Below are positions 27,970-38,378 of a stretch of DNA of 63,375 bases, piece after piece. Position numbers and translations under genes: made by a program. The stretch's first letter is position 1. Each line of letters begins with the position of its first letter. The stretch is from Candidatus Doudnabacteria bacterium RIFCSPHIGHO2_01_48_18 (GTDB lineage: Bacteria; Patescibacteriota; Doudnabacteria; UBA920; 2-01-FULL-46-14): the NCBI GenBank assembly GCA_001777515.1, contig MFEF01000028.1, positions 1-63,375 of the forward strand. The letters are read 5' to 3'. The notes beneath the pieces are model-generated. The model was not told the origin of the DNA. It did not search any database and worked only from the letters and a program-made list of their open reading frames with translations.

Positions 27970-29316
27970 TTAATTAGTAACAGGCAACGGCGGAGTGGCC
28001 GGCGGCGGAGACGTTGCTGGCGAGGCAGGCAACTGAAAACTTTGTTCCGCGACCTTGGGCGGGATATAAACGGACCGGAACGTTACCTCTTCGGTTTTGC
28101 CATCCTTGGTTACCTTGCGGCTCACCGTGGATTTGATCGCTCCGGAAGGCTTGCGGTCGTATGGATGCGGTCCGTCGACCGCGACCTGTCTTTGATCTTT
28201 CGTGCCATAAAAATCAAAATAGAGGCGATGGCCCTCGATTCTGGTCCAAATAAGCAAGGCGCCGGCCGTGTCGTTGACAAATTTCATATCCTGATAGGGT
28301 GCATAGATGGTGGCATCGAGTCCCACAGCCTTGGGCGCGTCGTCGTCGATCCATTCATAGTATTTTACCGCGTACGAATGGTTGCGCCGCTGCGTTATCG
28401 GCAGACCGCCAAAGAACGCGGCCCGGAAAGCTGTGGTAGAAACCTGACAGAGGCCTCCGCCAAACTCGGGGGTTGCGCCTTCAGGCTTGATGACGAGTTC
28501 TGGTTTGAACCCGTTTTCCGCGTCCACTGGTCCTAAATATTTGTTGAAAGAAAATTCTTCGCCCGGCATAAGGATCACGCCATTGTATTTTGACGCCCCG
28601 ACCCGGATGTTATTGATGCGCGCGCTAGACGATCCTGAGAAATCCGATTTACCGACAGCCAATAGTTCTTTAATGCCAAAGTGGTTTAGATCCGCAAGCT
28701 TCACTGCCGGCTGCCGGCTCAGCAACGGCAGTGATAATGCTTCACGTCCGGCTATCAACGCTTCTTTTATGGTTCGCGCGCCGTCGCCCAGCTCCAGCGT
28801 ATAACCGTTTTGGTGCGGTTGAAAAGAAACGGCTTTGTTATCCTCAATCACCAGCTCGGCGTTTTGTGCCTCCAGGTTAAGCGAGCCGCGCTGCTGCAGG
28901 AGCCATTCTCCGATTGCGCCGTCTTCCCAATCAAGACCCTTGACCACAGCGCTGCTGTCGTAAGCGGACCACGGATGACTGCTGTTTGTTTGCGCGTAAA
29001 CATAATGGATAAGAGAAGTATCCGTTTTCGGCATGGCGCTTGACACCTGCCCATTCTGCCAAGACAGAAGCTGGCTCCCTTTTATCGTAGTTGATTTCTC
29101 TGCCTGCGAAATCACAAGCATTTCTATCTCGTTTTGCAGCATTTTTCTTGCGGGAGCATTATCATAATCGGCCGCAGCCTTTTTGGGTAGCGCCAGAGGT
29201 TTGGTGCTTATCGCTAAAACCAAAGCAATGGCAGACAGGGCAATGCCAAATGTTGCGAGGAGCGCGAGTGATTTAGGCGCCGCGGATGATTCTGATGCCG
29301 GAGTGCTTACCTTCAT
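27970..29316 (-). CDS. VanW family protein (membrane anchored)
   Basis: N-terminal TM helix, then a VanW-like core (GGGLCQVSTTAFRAAFFGGLPI...). The start overlaps the tsaE end by 44 nt. Confidence 0.75.
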   Translation of the reverse strand: MKVSTPASESSAAPKSLALLATFGIALSAIALVLAISTKPLALPKKAAADYDNAPARKMLQNEIEMLVISQAEKSTTIKGSQLLSWQNGQVSSAMPKTDTSLIHYVYAQTNSSHPWSAYDSSAVVKGLDWEDGAIGEWLLQQRGSLNLEAQNAELVIEDNKAVSFQPHQNGYTLELGDGARTIKEALIAGREALSLPLLSRQPAVKLADLNHFGIKELLAVGKSDFSGSSSARINNIRVGASKYNGVILMPGEEFSFNKYLGPVDAENGFKPELVIKPEGATPEFGGGLCQVSTTAFRAAFFGGLPITQRRNHSYAVKYYEWIDDDAPKAVGLDATIYAPYQDMKFVNDTAGALLIWTRIEGHRLYFDFYGTKDQRQVAVDGPHPYDRKPSGAIKSTVSRKVTKDGKTEEVTFRSVYIPPKVAEQSFQLPASPATSPPPATPPLPVTN

Positions 29317-29698
29317 GATTGAAATAAATCCATTTCGTTTTGGCCGGCAGGATGCGTTTCGCTTTCTCCGGCCATTCGATTACTGTGACACTGTTTTTAT
29401 TTTTGATGATTTCCTGGAAGCCAATCTCCCGGAGTTCGGCCTGGGTTTTTAGCCGGTATAAATCAAAATGGTAAAGGGTTAAATCTGTTTTGGGAATGGG
29501 ATAAAAATAGAAAGTTACAAAGGTCGGGCTTTTTATTTTGTGGCGAATCCCGAGACCGCGGGCGAACCCTTGCACAAAAGTCGTCTTCCCAGAACCCAAG
29601 GTTCCGCTCAAAGCTAGAATTTGTCCTGGTTTTATTCGCTTTCCGAGCGCTTGTCCAAGCTGTTTGGTGGCGCGGGCCGAGACTGTTATTTTGCGCAT
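29273..29698 (-). CDS. tsaE: tRNA t6A37 biosynthesis ATPase TsaE
   Basis: P-loop GTLGSGKTTFVQG followed by SPTF. Confidence 0.85.
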   Translation of the reverse strand: MRKITVSARATKQLGQALGKRIKPGQILALSGTLGSGKTTFVQGFARGLGIRHKIKSPTFVTFYFYPIPKTDLTLYHFDLYRLKTQAELREIGFQEIIKNKNSVTVIEWPEKAKRILPAKTKWIYFNHEGKHSGIRIIRGA

Positions 29699-29730
29699 GA
29701 GTACGATTATTTTACCAGAAGATGAGGCTC

Positions 29731-29759
29731 TTGACGAGGGGGAGCCACCCTTGTATATT
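29731..29759 (+). promoter_or_regulatory. Sigma70-like promoter TTGACG-17-TATATT
   Basis: Hexamers at 29731-29736 and 29754-29759, upstream of the DHH gene (ATG at 29785). Confidence 0.4.
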
Positions 29760-29784
29760 GATCAGATAATTAATTAGGGAATTT

Positions 29785-30930
29785 ATGGATCAAACCGCAT
29801 CCAAGCCAGTTTTTGACAGTATAAACAAGGCTAACCGAATATTGATCGCCATGCCCGCTAACCCGAGCGGAGATGCTGTTGGCGCGGGGCTGGCTCTATA
29901 TTTATTTATAAAAAAACTCGACAAAGAGCCGGAAATCGCGACTTCGGCCCAGAGCCTGGAGCAGTTTTCTTTCCTTCCTCACCTGTCAGCCGTCAAGCAT
30001 GAGCTGGAAGTGTCGCAGAGTTTCGTCATTTCTGTCAGCACTGCGAATGCCGCGCTTGATGAGCTTTCCTACGAAGCGCGGCCGGAAAGAGTGGAAATTT
30101 TTCTTAAACCAAAGAACGGGAGATTTTCGCAAAACGATGTTAGCTTCAAGAATGCCCGCTTTCCCTATGATCTGATAATCACTGTTCACAGCCCGTCCCT
30201 GGACAATCTCGGAGACATTTATGAGAAGAATACGGATTTATTTTTTGAAACTCCAATCGTTAACATTGATCACCACCCCAACAATGAATATTACGGCGAG
30301 ATTAATCTCGTTGATTTGACCGCGACCTCCTCGGCGGAAATCGTCGCCGGCTTGATCGAAGAGTTTGAGAGCGGGCTCATGGACGAGCATATCGCCACCA
30401 GTCTGCTCACCGGTATTATTGCCGAGACAAACAGTTTCCAGCATGCCAAGACCACGCCTAGGGCTTTCCTGAAGGCATCTCAGCTTATTGCCCAAGGCGG
30501 CAAACATCAGGAGATCATCCGAGAACTTTATAAAACCAAGAGCATTGCGCTCCTCAAGCTGTGGGGCAGGGCTTTGGCGAGACTCAAGGAAGTTCCAGAG
30601 CTTTCCGTTGTGTATTCACTCGTCAACCATTCTGATATTGAGAAAACCTCCAGCAAGCCCGAAGACGTTTTTGGCGTAATGAAAGAGCTGGTGGCAAGCC
30701 TCGCGGGAGCAAAGATCATTTTGTTTCTTGCGGAAATCGCGCCGCAGGAGGTGGTTGGTTATTTCCATCTGCACCCCAGTGTTAAGGCGCAAATTTTGGC
30801 TCCCGCGCTTTCCGCCCAGATGTTGAACGGCGCGCTTGGCAAGTTTACGGTAAAAGGCGTTAACCTGTTGGATCTTGAAAAAGACGTTCTTGAAAAGCTC
30901 CAGCGGGTCAAAACTCAGATCGCAGTCTAA
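29785..30930 (+). CDS. DHH family phosphoesterase (NrnA-like)
   Basis: DHH motif (NIDHHPNN) with DHH/DHHA1-like organisation. 381 aa. Confidence 0.75.
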   Translation: MDQTASKPVFDSINKANRILIAMPANPSGDAVGAGLALYLFIKKLDKEPEIATSAQSLEQFSFLPHLSAVKHELEVSQSFVISVSTANAALDELSYEARPERVEIFLKPKNGRFSQNDVSFKNARFPYDLIITVHSPSLDNLGDIYEKNTDLFFETPIVNIDHHPNNEYYGEINLVDLTATSSAEIVAGLIEEFESGLMDEHIATSLLTGIIAETNSFQHAKTTPRAFLKASQLIAQGGKHQEIIRELYKTKSIALLKLWGRALARLKEVPELSVVYSLVNHSDIEKTSSKPEDVFGVMKELVASLAGAKIILFLAEIAPQEVVGYFHLHPSVKAQILAPALSAQMLNGALGKFTVKGVNLLDLEKDVLEKLQRVKTQIAV

Positions 30931-30953
30931 ACCCCGATGCTAGTCGGGGTTTT
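30929..30953 (+). terminator. Hairpin terminator after the DHH gene
   Basis: AACCCCGA-tgctag-TCGGGGTT followed by TTT. Confidence 0.5.
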
Positions 30954-31009
30954 GCTAGCGGCCTTTAAAGTGAGATATACTGCAAACATAATAAATTTGC
31001 TGCCCTGTT

Positions 31010-32653
31010 ATGCAAGAAAAAATAAAAACCCCGGAAGAAAAAGCGGAAAAAATAAAAGAAGTCTTCAAAGAACTGAATCGTAAATTTCAGGAAGACGAAG
31101 CCACGCGCGTTGCCCAGTCAATGCAGCTGCCGTATTTTGATCTGCGCAATTTTCCCATAGACGAGCAGGCCCTGCTGACTGTGCCGGAGCCAAAGGCGAA
31201 GATGGCTGCGGCAATACCATTTTATAAGGAAAAAAAAATAATAAAGCTTGGTTTCGTGGACCCCTCAAATAAAGATTTGCGATCGCTGGTGACCGATTTA
31301 CAGAAGCAGGGGTTGAAGGTGGAGCAGTATCTGGTGTCACAAAGCGCTTTTGAGGGAGCGCTCAAGCAATACAACCGGATTCTGGTCGCGCCAGTGAGAC
31401 ACAATAGCGAAATCGAGATTCGCAGGGACAAAGATTCCTTGGAAAAACTGAAAAATCTCTCCAAAGCCCGAGATTTGCCGGAAACCACCGAACTGCTCGC
31501 GACGATAATTTCCGCGGCTCTGGCCGCAAATAGTTCTGACATTCATTTAGAGCCTGAGAAAGAACATCTGCGCATCAGGTTCAGAGTGGACGGTGTGCTC
31601 CAAGACACCGCTCAGCTACCTCTTGACGCGTATGCTCATCTGCTTTCGCGTATAAAGCTTGCAGCAAATTTAAAATTGAATGTTACCACTATGCCGCAGG
31701 ACGGCCGGATCACAGTCGTGACGGCACAAAAGCCGATCGACCTCCGCGTGTCTCTTCTTCCCTCTGCTTACGGAGAATCAATCGTGATCCGCGTCCTGGG
31801 GACAGAGGGCGTCACAGTTGATATTGAACAGCTCGGTCTTTCTGTCCGTGATCTGGAGATCTTGCAAGGAGAGCTCGATAAACCCAACGGCATGATTTTG
31901 ACGACTGGTCCTACTGGCAGCGGCAAAACTACTACTCTTTACGCGTTTTTGCGATATCTTAACCGCGGTGGCGTAAAAATCATCACGCTTGAAGATCCGG
32001 TGGAATACAAGATCGAAGGCATAACTCAGACCCCAATCGATTACGGCGCGCATATGGATTTTGCCAAGGGCCTCAGATCTATTCTTCGCCAGGACCCGGA
32101 TATTGTCATGGTTGGCGAGATCCGGGATTTCGAAACAGCGGAAACCGCGGCCAGCGCGTCGCTCACTGGGCACGTCGTCCTTTCTACCTTGCATACCAAT
32201 AACGCGGCCGGAGCCATTCCGCGGCTCATGGATCTCGGGGTGAAAGCCGTGACTCTGGCTCCAGCCCTCAACGCTCTCATTGCCCAGCGGCTCGTGCGAA
32301 AAATTTGCCAGGAGTGCAAGAAAATCTATAAACCAGATCACACCGAGCTGTCGCGCGTCCAGTTGGTTCTCGCGAATGTTCCAAAAAACCGGTTGCCAAA
32401 ACATTTGGCATTTTATCACAGCGCTGGCTGTAAAGCCTGCCACGGACTCGGGTACAAGGGCCGGATTGGCGTGTTTGAAGTGTTCGCGGTTGATGGATCG
32501 ATCGAGAAACTGATTTATGAGGGCGCTTCCACCCGGGACATAAAAAAATCCGCGACTGCCGCTGGTATGACCACTATGCAGCAGGACGCGATCCTCAAAG
32601 CAGCGCAGGGGCTGACGGATTTGGCCGAAGTCTGGCGAGTAACCGAAGAGTAG
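31010..32653 (+). CDS. pilB: GspE/PilB family secretion/type IV pilus assembly ATPase
   Basis: Walker A (GPTGSGKTTT), Asp/His boxes and a tetracysteine motif (CQECKK...CKACHGLG). 547 aa. Confidence 0.9.
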   Translation: MQEKIKTPEEKAEKIKEVFKELNRKFQEDEATRVAQSMQLPYFDLRNFPIDEQALLTVPEPKAKMAAAIPFYKEKKIIKLGFVDPSNKDLRSLVTDLQKQGLKVEQYLVSQSAFEGALKQYNRILVAPVRHNSEIEIRRDKDSLEKLKNLSKARDLPETTELLATIISAALAANSSDIHLEPEKEHLRIRFRVDGVLQDTAQLPLDAYAHLLSRIKLAANLKLNVTTMPQDGRITVVTAQKPIDLRVSLLPSAYGESIVIRVLGTEGVTVDIEQLGLSVRDLEILQGELDKPNGMILTTGPTGSGKTTTLYAFLRYLNRGGVKIITLEDPVEYKIEGITQTPIDYGAHMDFAKGLRSILRQDPDIVMVGEIRDFETAETAASASLTGHVVLSTLHTNNAAGAIPRLMDLGVKAVTLAPALNALIAQRLVRKICQECKKIYKPDHTELSRVQLVLANVPKNRLPKHLAFYHSAGCKACHGLGYKGRIGVFEVFAVDGSIEKLIYEGASTRDIKKSATAAGMTTMQQDAILKAAQGLTDLAEVWRVTEE

Positions 32654-32724
32654 AAACGAATTAATGAAATTCGCGAACGGCTCAAGTATTTGCTTGAGCC
32701 GTTCCGTTATGTATGGAATTGGGT

Positions 32725-32730
32725 TAAAAT
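32725..32730 (+). promoter_or_regulatory. -10 box TAAAAT 7 nt before the polA ATG at 32738 (leaderless-type)
   Basis: TAAAAT-tagaaat-ATG. No SD is present. Confidence 0.35.
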
Positions 32731-32737
32731 TAGAAAT

Positions 32738-35461
32738 ATGGCTCAGAAAAAAGACATTTTATTGCTGGTTGACGGCAACGCCCTGGTGCACCGCGGTTTT
32801 CACGCCATTCCGCATTTGTCGACCAAAGCCGGGGAACCCACCAACGGCGTCTACGGATTCACGGTTTTGTTTTTGCGCGCGCTCAAGGAGCTCGGGCCGC
32901 GCTATGTCGCCGTGGCTTTCGATCTGCCGGGCGGCACGTTTCGCGACAAGCTCTACAAAGCTTACAAGGAACACCGGGTTGCCGCGCCGGCCGAGCTCTA
33001 TTCCCAGATCCCTCGCGTCAAAGAATTAGTGCAGGCTATGAATGTGCCGGTATTTGAGCTGGAGGGTTACGAGGCCGACGACATTATCGGTTCTCTGGCC
33101 CAGCTCGGTAAAGCGCAGCCAAATCTTGAGGTGGTGATTCTTACCGGTGATCTTGATGCTCTTCAGCTCGTTGATGACAATGTCCGCGTGTTTGCCCCAA
33201 AAAAAGGCCTGACCGAAACGATCCTCTATGACCGCAAGGCAGTGGAAGCCCGCTATGGGCTGGCGCCGGAACAAATCGTGGATTACAAAGCGCTCCGGGG
33301 CGATGCCTCGGACAACATCCCCGGGGTTAAAGGGATCGGTGAAAAAACCGCGACCGAGCTTTTGCAAAAATTTAAAAACTTGGCCGGGGTTTACCAAGCT
33401 GCGGTCGGGCATCCGGAGACTTCGGGGCTGAAACCCAAAATTCTGACGGCGCTTTCCGCGCACAAGCGGGACGCAGAAATCTCCCAGAAACTGGCCCAGA
33501 TTGTGCGCGACCTGCCAATCAGGCTGGATTTAGCCAAGGCCGAGCTCGCGGATTTTGAGGAATCAAAAGTGGTGCAAATGTTTCAGGAGCTGGAGTTTCG
33601 CAGTTTGATTGATAAGATTCCCCGCAGTCGGCAGGTAATTGAGGAGACGATTGATGTTGAAGGCGAAGTTTTGAAAAGCAATTATGAATTGGTGGACACA
33701 AAAGCTAAATTCAATGCTCTGCTCAAGGAATTAATAGACGTAAAAGAGATAGCCATTGATACGGAAACTACTTCCCTGCATCCTGTCCAGGCCGAGCTGC
33801 TGGGTCTCGGTATCGGCTGGCAGGAAGGGAAAGCTTTTTACGTTTTGAAAGATTATTTGGGACCCGAGCTGGTAAAAATCCTGGAAAGCGCCTCGGTCAG
33901 AAAAATCGGCCACAATATCAAATATGATTATTTAGTACTCAGGCAAGCGGGAATAAATTTGCAGGGAATTGATTTTGACACCATGATCGCCGCTTACCTG
34001 CTCAACCCCGGAGCGCGGGCGTTTGATCTTGATACCCTGACCTTTAACGAGTTCGGATTCCGCAAGATCGCGATCCAGAGCCTCATCGGCCAAGGCAAAA
34101 ACGAAATCAATATGTCTGCGGTTGATCCCGCGCGCGTCGCCGCCTACTGCGGTGAGGATGTCGACTGCACGTGGCGCCTGAAACAAAAACTGGAAAAGGA
34201 ACTGAAAGCCAAAAATCTCGACAAAATTTTTTATGAAATCGAAATGCCGCTCATCCCGGTTCTGGCAGAAATGGAGCATCGCGGCATCAGGATAGATAGC
34301 AGCTATTTGAAAAATTTATCCAAGCGGGCGGAAGCGATCGCGGATGACGTCCGGAAAAAAATCTGGAGGCTGGCGGGAGAAGAGTTCAACATTGGCAGCC
34401 CCCTGCAGCTCAAGAAAATTCTCTTCGATAAACTGGAGATTCCAACTGAGGATCTGAAAAAAGGCAAAACGGGGCTATCCACGGCCGCCACCGAACTCGA
34501 GAAGCTGCGCGGCCTGCACCCGATCGTTGATTTGATTTTTGATTGGCGCGAGCTAACAAAATTGAAAAATACTTATCTTGATGCGTTGCCCGGCCTGGTC
34601 TACAAAAAGACCGGCCGGCTGCATACGAGTTTCAACCAGACCATTGCCGCCACTGGCCGGCTCTCGTCTTCTGATCCGAACCTGCAAAACATTCCCATCC
34701 GCACCACGCTTGGCCGCGAGGTGCGCAAAGCCTTTGTGGCGGACCATGGCTACAAATTGGTCTCTATCGACTATTCGCAGATTGAACTGCGCTTGGCGGC
34801 GCACCTGGCCGGTGATCCCAAGATGATCGAAGCTTTCCAGCTGGGCCGCGACATTCATACCGTAACCGCGCAGGAAATATTTGATGTAAAGAACCCGGAA
34901 GACGTGACCGCGGATATGCGCCGGTCTGCCAAGATTATAAATTTCGGCGTGCTTTATGGCGTGTCAGCTTATGGCCTGAAGAGCCGCATCCCCGGCGTGT
35001 CCGTGGGCAGCGCGGAAGATTTTATCAAAAAATATTTCGCCACCTACAAACGGCTGGCGGAATATTTGGATGAAGTGGTTGAGGAAACCAAAAAGACCGG
35101 TTACGTGCGCAATGAACTGGGCCGACTGCGATTCTTGCCCGAAATAAATTCGTCGCAGTTTCAGGTGCGTTCTGGTGCGGAACGGGCCGCGATCAATATG
35201 CCATTTCAGTCGCTGTCCGCGGACATTATCAAAATGGCGATGAATAAATTGGGAGAGCAGGAATTAATTTCCCGTGACGACTGCCGGCTGCTTTTACAAG
35301 TCCATGACGAACTCGTGTTTGAAATCGCCGCAGATAAAATAGATAAATATGTTCCCGATATCGTGAAAATCATGCAAAATATTTATAAGCTGAAGGTCCC
35401 TCTCGTGGTCGACGCCAAGGCCGGCGACAATTGGGAGGAAATGGAGAAAATCAATCTATAG
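32738..35461 (+). CDS. polA: DNA polymerase I
   Basis: 5'-nuclease N-terminus (LLLVDGNALVHRGFHA), a 3'-5' exonuclease region and polymerase motifs (DYSQIELR, QVHDELVFE). The start was set to the ATG at 32738. Confidence 0.95.
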   Translation: MAQKKDILLLVDGNALVHRGFHAIPHLSTKAGEPTNGVYGFTVLFLRALKELGPRYVAVAFDLPGGTFRDKLYKAYKEHRVAAPAELYSQIPRVKELVQAMNVPVFELEGYEADDIIGSLAQLGKAQPNLEVVILTGDLDALQLVDDNVRVFAPKKGLTETILYDRKAVEARYGLAPEQIVDYKALRGDASDNIPGVKGIGEKTATELLQKFKNLAGVYQAAVGHPETSGLKPKILTALSAHKRDAEISQKLAQIVRDLPIRLDLAKAELADFEESKVVQMFQELEFRSLIDKIPRSRQVIEETIDVEGEVLKSNYELVDTKAKFNALLKELIDVKEIAIDTETTSLHPVQAELLGLGIGWQEGKAFYVLKDYLGPELVKILESASVRKIGHNIKYDYLVLRQAGINLQGIDFDTMIAAYLLNPGARAFDLDTLTFNEFGFRKIAIQSLIGQGKNEINMSAVDPARVAAYCGEDVDCTWRLKQKLEKELKAKNLDKIFYEIEMPLIPVLAEMEHRGIRIDSSYLKNLSKRAEAIADDVRKKIWRLAGEEFNIGSPLQLKKILFDKLEIPTEDLKKGKTGLSTAATELEKLRGLHPIVDLIFDWRELTKLKNTYLDALPGLVYKKTGRLHTSFNQTIAATGRLSSSDPNLQNIPIRTTLGREVRKAFVADHGYKLVSIDYSQIELRLAAHLAGDPKMIEAFQLGRDIHTVTAQEIFDVKNPEDVTADMRRSAKIINFGVLYGVSAYGLKSRIPGVSVGSAEDFIKKYFATYKRLAEYLDEVVEETKKTGYVRNELGRLRFLPEINSSQFQVRSGAERAAINMPFQSLSADIIKMAMNKLGEQELISRDDCRLLLQVHDELVFEIAADKIDKYVPDIVKIMQNIYKLKVPLVVDAKAGDNWEEMEKINL

Positions 35462-35560
35462 TTGATGAAATAACTGATAATGAAACCACTATTGACTCTT
35501 TAATCCTTTTTTGTTATTCTTTATTTTACATTTTGATTTTTAATTTTTGAATTAACTATT

Positions 35561-35821
35561 GTGCCTACAATAAAATCAGCTGCGAAAGCAATGCGCGGAA
35601 GCGCCAGGAAGCACAAGGTCAACCTTGTAACCATTGCCAAATATAAAGACGCGGTCAAAGCCGTGCGCAAAGCCGTGACTGGCAAGAAAAAAGACGACGC
35701 GGTCAAGGCTCTGCAGAATGCCTATGCCCAGCTCGACAAAGCCCTCAAGAAGCACGTGATCAAAAAGAATAAAGCCGCGCGGCTGAAAAGCCGGCTGGCT
35801 AAAGCTATCGCCAAAGTATAA
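35561..35821 (+). CDS. rpsT: 30S ribosomal protein S20
   Basis: PTIKSAAKAMRGSARKH... is the S20 N-terminal pattern. GTG start; 86 aa. Confidence 0.85.
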   Translation: MPTIKSAAKAMRGSARKHKVNLVTIAKYKDAVKAVRKAVTGKKKDDAVKALQNAYAQLDKALKKHVIKKNKAARLKSRLAKAIAKV

Positions 35822-35825
35822 AGCG

Positions 35826-35851
35826 AAATCCGGACCGAGGTCCGGATTTTT
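35826..35851. terminator. Bidirectional hairpin terminator between rpsT and the convergent small ORF
   Basis: AAATCCGGAC-cgag-GTCCGGATTT followed by TT. Confidence 0.65.
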
Positions 35852-35852
35852 G

Positions 35853-36044
35853 TTAGTGCCAAGGATCTTGTAAAGGAAAAAGGTTCAAGGAAATACCTTT
35901 TTTTTCGGCCTCGCTGGTTTTGGCAAAGACTTTCACCAGTCCTTCAATATCGGTCGGCTCGTGGCGCTTGCTTTGCCAATCCAGTTCTTCAAAAGTCGCC
36001 GTAAGCATCAATCCGATAAGGAATTCGCCCGTCTGTGTCTTCAT
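35853..36044 (-). CDS. Hypothetical small protein downstream of uvrB
   Basis: 63 aa, with SD GGGAGGA 5 nt upstream of the ATG at 36044. Confidence 0.45.
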   Translation of the reverse strand: MKTQTGEFLIGLMLTATFEELDWQSKRHEPTDIEGLVKVFAKTSEAEKKGISLNLFPLQDPWH

Positions 36045-36059
36045 CTTTCCTCCCAATAG

Positions 36060-38048
36060 TTATAGTTTGTGTTTTTTGCGCTTTAAGGATTTGTTGATTT
36101 CGATAATCTGATCGCGCAGCATGGCAGCCTTTTCAAATTCAAGGTTTTTACTCGCTAGATCCATGCGGTCTTTAAGTTCCTCGAGGAAATATCTAACCTC
36201 TTTTTTGTCCAGCTTCGAGATGTCAAACTCGGGCTTGGTTTGATCTTCGGCGGCTTTGGCGCCGGCCAAGCGCGATTCGCTGATTGATTTTTGAATGGTC
36301 GTGGGCGTGATGCCGTGCTTTTGGTTGTATTCTTCCTGGATCGTTCGGCGCCGCTCCACTTCGGTGATGGCTTCCTTCATCGAGCCGGTCGTGCGGTCCG
36401 CGTACATGATCACGTGCCCTTCGCTGTGGCGCGCTGCACGTCCCATGATTTGCAAAAACGAGGTTTTGCTCCTCAGGAATCCTTCTTTGTCCGCATCTAG
36501 AATGGCCACGAGCGAGACCTCAGGCAGATCCAAGCCTTCGCGCAGGAGGTTAATGCCAACTATGACATCATAAACGCCAAGCCGCAGGTCGCGCAGAATC
36601 TCGAGGCGTTCAAAGGTATCCACCTCGCTGTGCAAATAGTGTCCCTTGATGCCATTTTCTTTCAGATATTCGGAGAGTTCCTCGGCCATGCGCTTGGTCA
36701 GCGTCGTAATCAGCACACGCTGATTTTTTTTGACGCGTTTTTGGATTTCTTCCATGAGATCATCGACCTGATATTTGGTGGGTTTGATTTCAATTTCTGG
36801 ATCAAGAAGGCCTGTGGGGCGAATGAGCTGCTCCGCTATTTGTTTAGATTTACCAGTCTCGTAATCAGTGGGCGTGGCAGACACAAAAATTGTGTTTTGC
36901 AATTTTTTCATGAACTCCTGATATTTGAGCGGGCGGTTATCAATGGCTGAGGGAAGGCGAAATCCATAATCAATCAGGGTTTGTTTGCGGGACCGGTCAC
37001 CCTCATACATGGCGCGGATTTGCGGAACCGTTATGTGCGACTCGTCGATAAACAGGAGGAAATCATCAGGGAAATAATCAAGCAGAGTCGATGGTGGTTC
37101 GCCTGGTTTGCGGAAATCCAGCTGCCTTGAATAGTTTTCAATGCCATTTACGTAACCTGTTTCCGTAAGCATTTCGATGTCGAAATTGGTGCGCTGCTGC
37201 AGACGCTGCGCCTCCAGAAGCTTGCCTTGCGTTTTGAATTTTTTCAGCTGACCCTCGAGCTCTTGTCTGATATTTTCCACGGCCAACTGGATTTTGTCCT
37301 GTGACGTAATGAAATGTTTAGCTGGAAACAGGCGATATGCTTCGTAGGTTTTTTCATCGCCTCCTGTGAGCGCGTCAAACTCCGAGATTTTTTCCAAAGT
37401 GTCGCCAAAAAAATCCATCCTCAGGATTCGGTCCTCATGGGCGGGCACTATTTCGAGAACATCGCCGCGCACCCGGAAACTGCCGCGTCTCAGGTCCACG
37501 TCGTTTCTGATATACTGGAGGTCCACGAGCCTCCTCAGCAGCTTGTCGCGTTTATAATCCTGCCCGGTTTGCAGTTCGAGCGACAGCTCAAGGTAGTTGG
37601 CCGGGTTGCCTAGCCCGTAAATACACGAAACTGACGCGACAATGATCACGTCTTTGCGGGAGAGCAGCGACTGGGTCGCGGCATTCCTAAGCCGGTCGAT
37701 TTCTTCGTTGATATCTGTTTCTTTTTCGATGTAGGTATCGGTGCGCGGAATGTAGGCTTCCGGCTGGTAGTAGTCATAATAGGAAACAAAATAATGCACG
37801 GCGTTTTCTGGGAAGAATTCCTGAAATTCGGAGGCGAGCTGCGCCGTCAGGGTTTTGTTGTGAGAAATGACGAGGGTAGGTTTTTGAATCTGGGCAATCA
37901 CATTGGCCATGGTAAAAGTTTTTCCCGAACCAGTTGCCCCTAAAAGAGTCTGAAAATCGTGGTCTTTTTTCACGCCTTGAACCAATTTCTCAATTGCCTG
38001 AGGCTGGTCTCCGGTTGGTTGGAATTTGGATTGTAATCTAAATCGCAT
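36060..38048 (-). CDS. uvrB: Excinuclease ABC subunit B
   Basis: Walker A ([10 protein letters not shown]), DESH box (FIDESHIT) and a C-terminal UVR domain. The start was set to the ATG at 38048. Confidence 0.95.
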   Translation of the reverse strand: MRFRLQSKFQPTGDQPQAIEKLVQGVKKDHDFQTLLGATGSGKTFTMANVIAQIQKPTLVISHNKTLTAQLASEFQEFFPENAVHYFVSYYDYYQPEAYIPRTDTYIEKETDINEEIDRLRNAATQSLLSRKDVIIVASVSCIYGLGNPANYLELSLELQTGQDYKRDKLLRRLVDLQYIRNDVDLRRGSFRVRGDVLEIVPAHEDRILRMDFFGDTLEKISEFDALTGGDEKTYEAYRLFPAKHFITSQDKIQLAVENIRQELEGQLKKFKTQGKLLEAQRLQQRTNFDIEMLTETGYVNGIENYSRQLDFRKPGEPPSTLLDYFPDDFLLFIDESHITVPQIRAMYEGDRSRKQTLIDYGFRLPSAIDNRPLKYQEFMKKLQNTIFVSATPTDYETGKSKQIAEQLIRPTGLLDPEIEIKPTKYQVDDLMEEIQKRVKKNQRVLITTLTKRMAEELSEYLKENGIKGHYLHSEVDTFERLEILRDLRLGVYDVIVGINLLREGLDLPEVSLVAILDADKEGFLRSKTSFLQIMGRAARHSEGHVIMYADRTTGSMKEAITEVERRRTIQEEYNQKHGITPTTIQKSISESRLAGAKAAEDQTKPEFDISKLDKKEVRYFLEELKDRMDLASKNLEFEKAAMLRDQIIEINKSLKRKKHKL

Positions 38049-38059
38049 AACCAATCTTC

Positions 38060-38068
38060 AGCATAGCA
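38060..38068 (-). promoter_or_regulatory. Extended -10 (TGcTATGCT) 11 nt before the uvrB ATG
   Basis: The minus strand reads TGCTATGCT-gaagattggtt-ATG. Confidence 0.3.
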
Positions 38069-38124
38069 GATTGACACAGAGTGACTCAATAGGCGTATAC
38101 TACGGATAACTAAGGAGGTTTAGT

Positions 38125-38322
38125 ATGCTACCGTCGCACAGTTGGCGGGCGCGAGATAAGGGACGCCATAGCAGTCCCCGAAGACGCGTTGAGGTTTGGC
38201 GGTGCACATCAAGGAAATGCGGCGCCGTCTACGACGCCCTTCCCGGTAAGGCATTTGCTAACCGTTTCTGCCCGGCAGATAACTGCGGCCACGCTTTGAA
38301 GCGCGGCTTCACATACGACTAA
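38125..38322 (+). CDS. Small basic zinc-ribbon-like protein, hypothetical
   Basis: Strong SD (AAGGAGG, then 7 nt, then the ATG). Two Cx4C pairs (CTSRKC, CPADNC). Followed by a strong intrinsic terminator. Confidence 0.6.
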   Translation: MLPSHSWRARDKGRHSSPRRRVEVWRCTSRKCGAVYDALPGKAFANRFCPADNCGHALKRGFTYD

Positions 38323-38327
38323 GCCAA

Positions 38328-38363
38328 AAGGCGCTCTCATCAGAGCGCCTTTCCCTTTTTTTT
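38328..38363 (+). terminator. Rho-independent terminator
   Basis: AAGGCGCTCT-catc-AGAGCGCCTT followed by a T-rich tail (tcccTTTTTTTT). Confidence 0.8.
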
Positions 38364-38371
38364 GCTAATAT
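38363..38371 (+). promoter_or_regulatory. Extended -10 (TGcTAATAT) 7 nt before the ruvA ATG at 38379 (leaderless-type)
   Basis: TG at 38363-38364, TAATAT at 38366-38371. Confidence 0.4.
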
Positions 38372-38378
38372 TAGGCAT

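Noticed and set aside
29273-29316. A 44-nt overlap between the tsaE end and the VanW start, considered as a possible recoding or mis-called start.
   Set aside because: No alternative in-frame ATG is nearby, and the N-terminus as called gives a sensible TM anchor. Overlaps are common in this compact segment. It is noted but not considered special.
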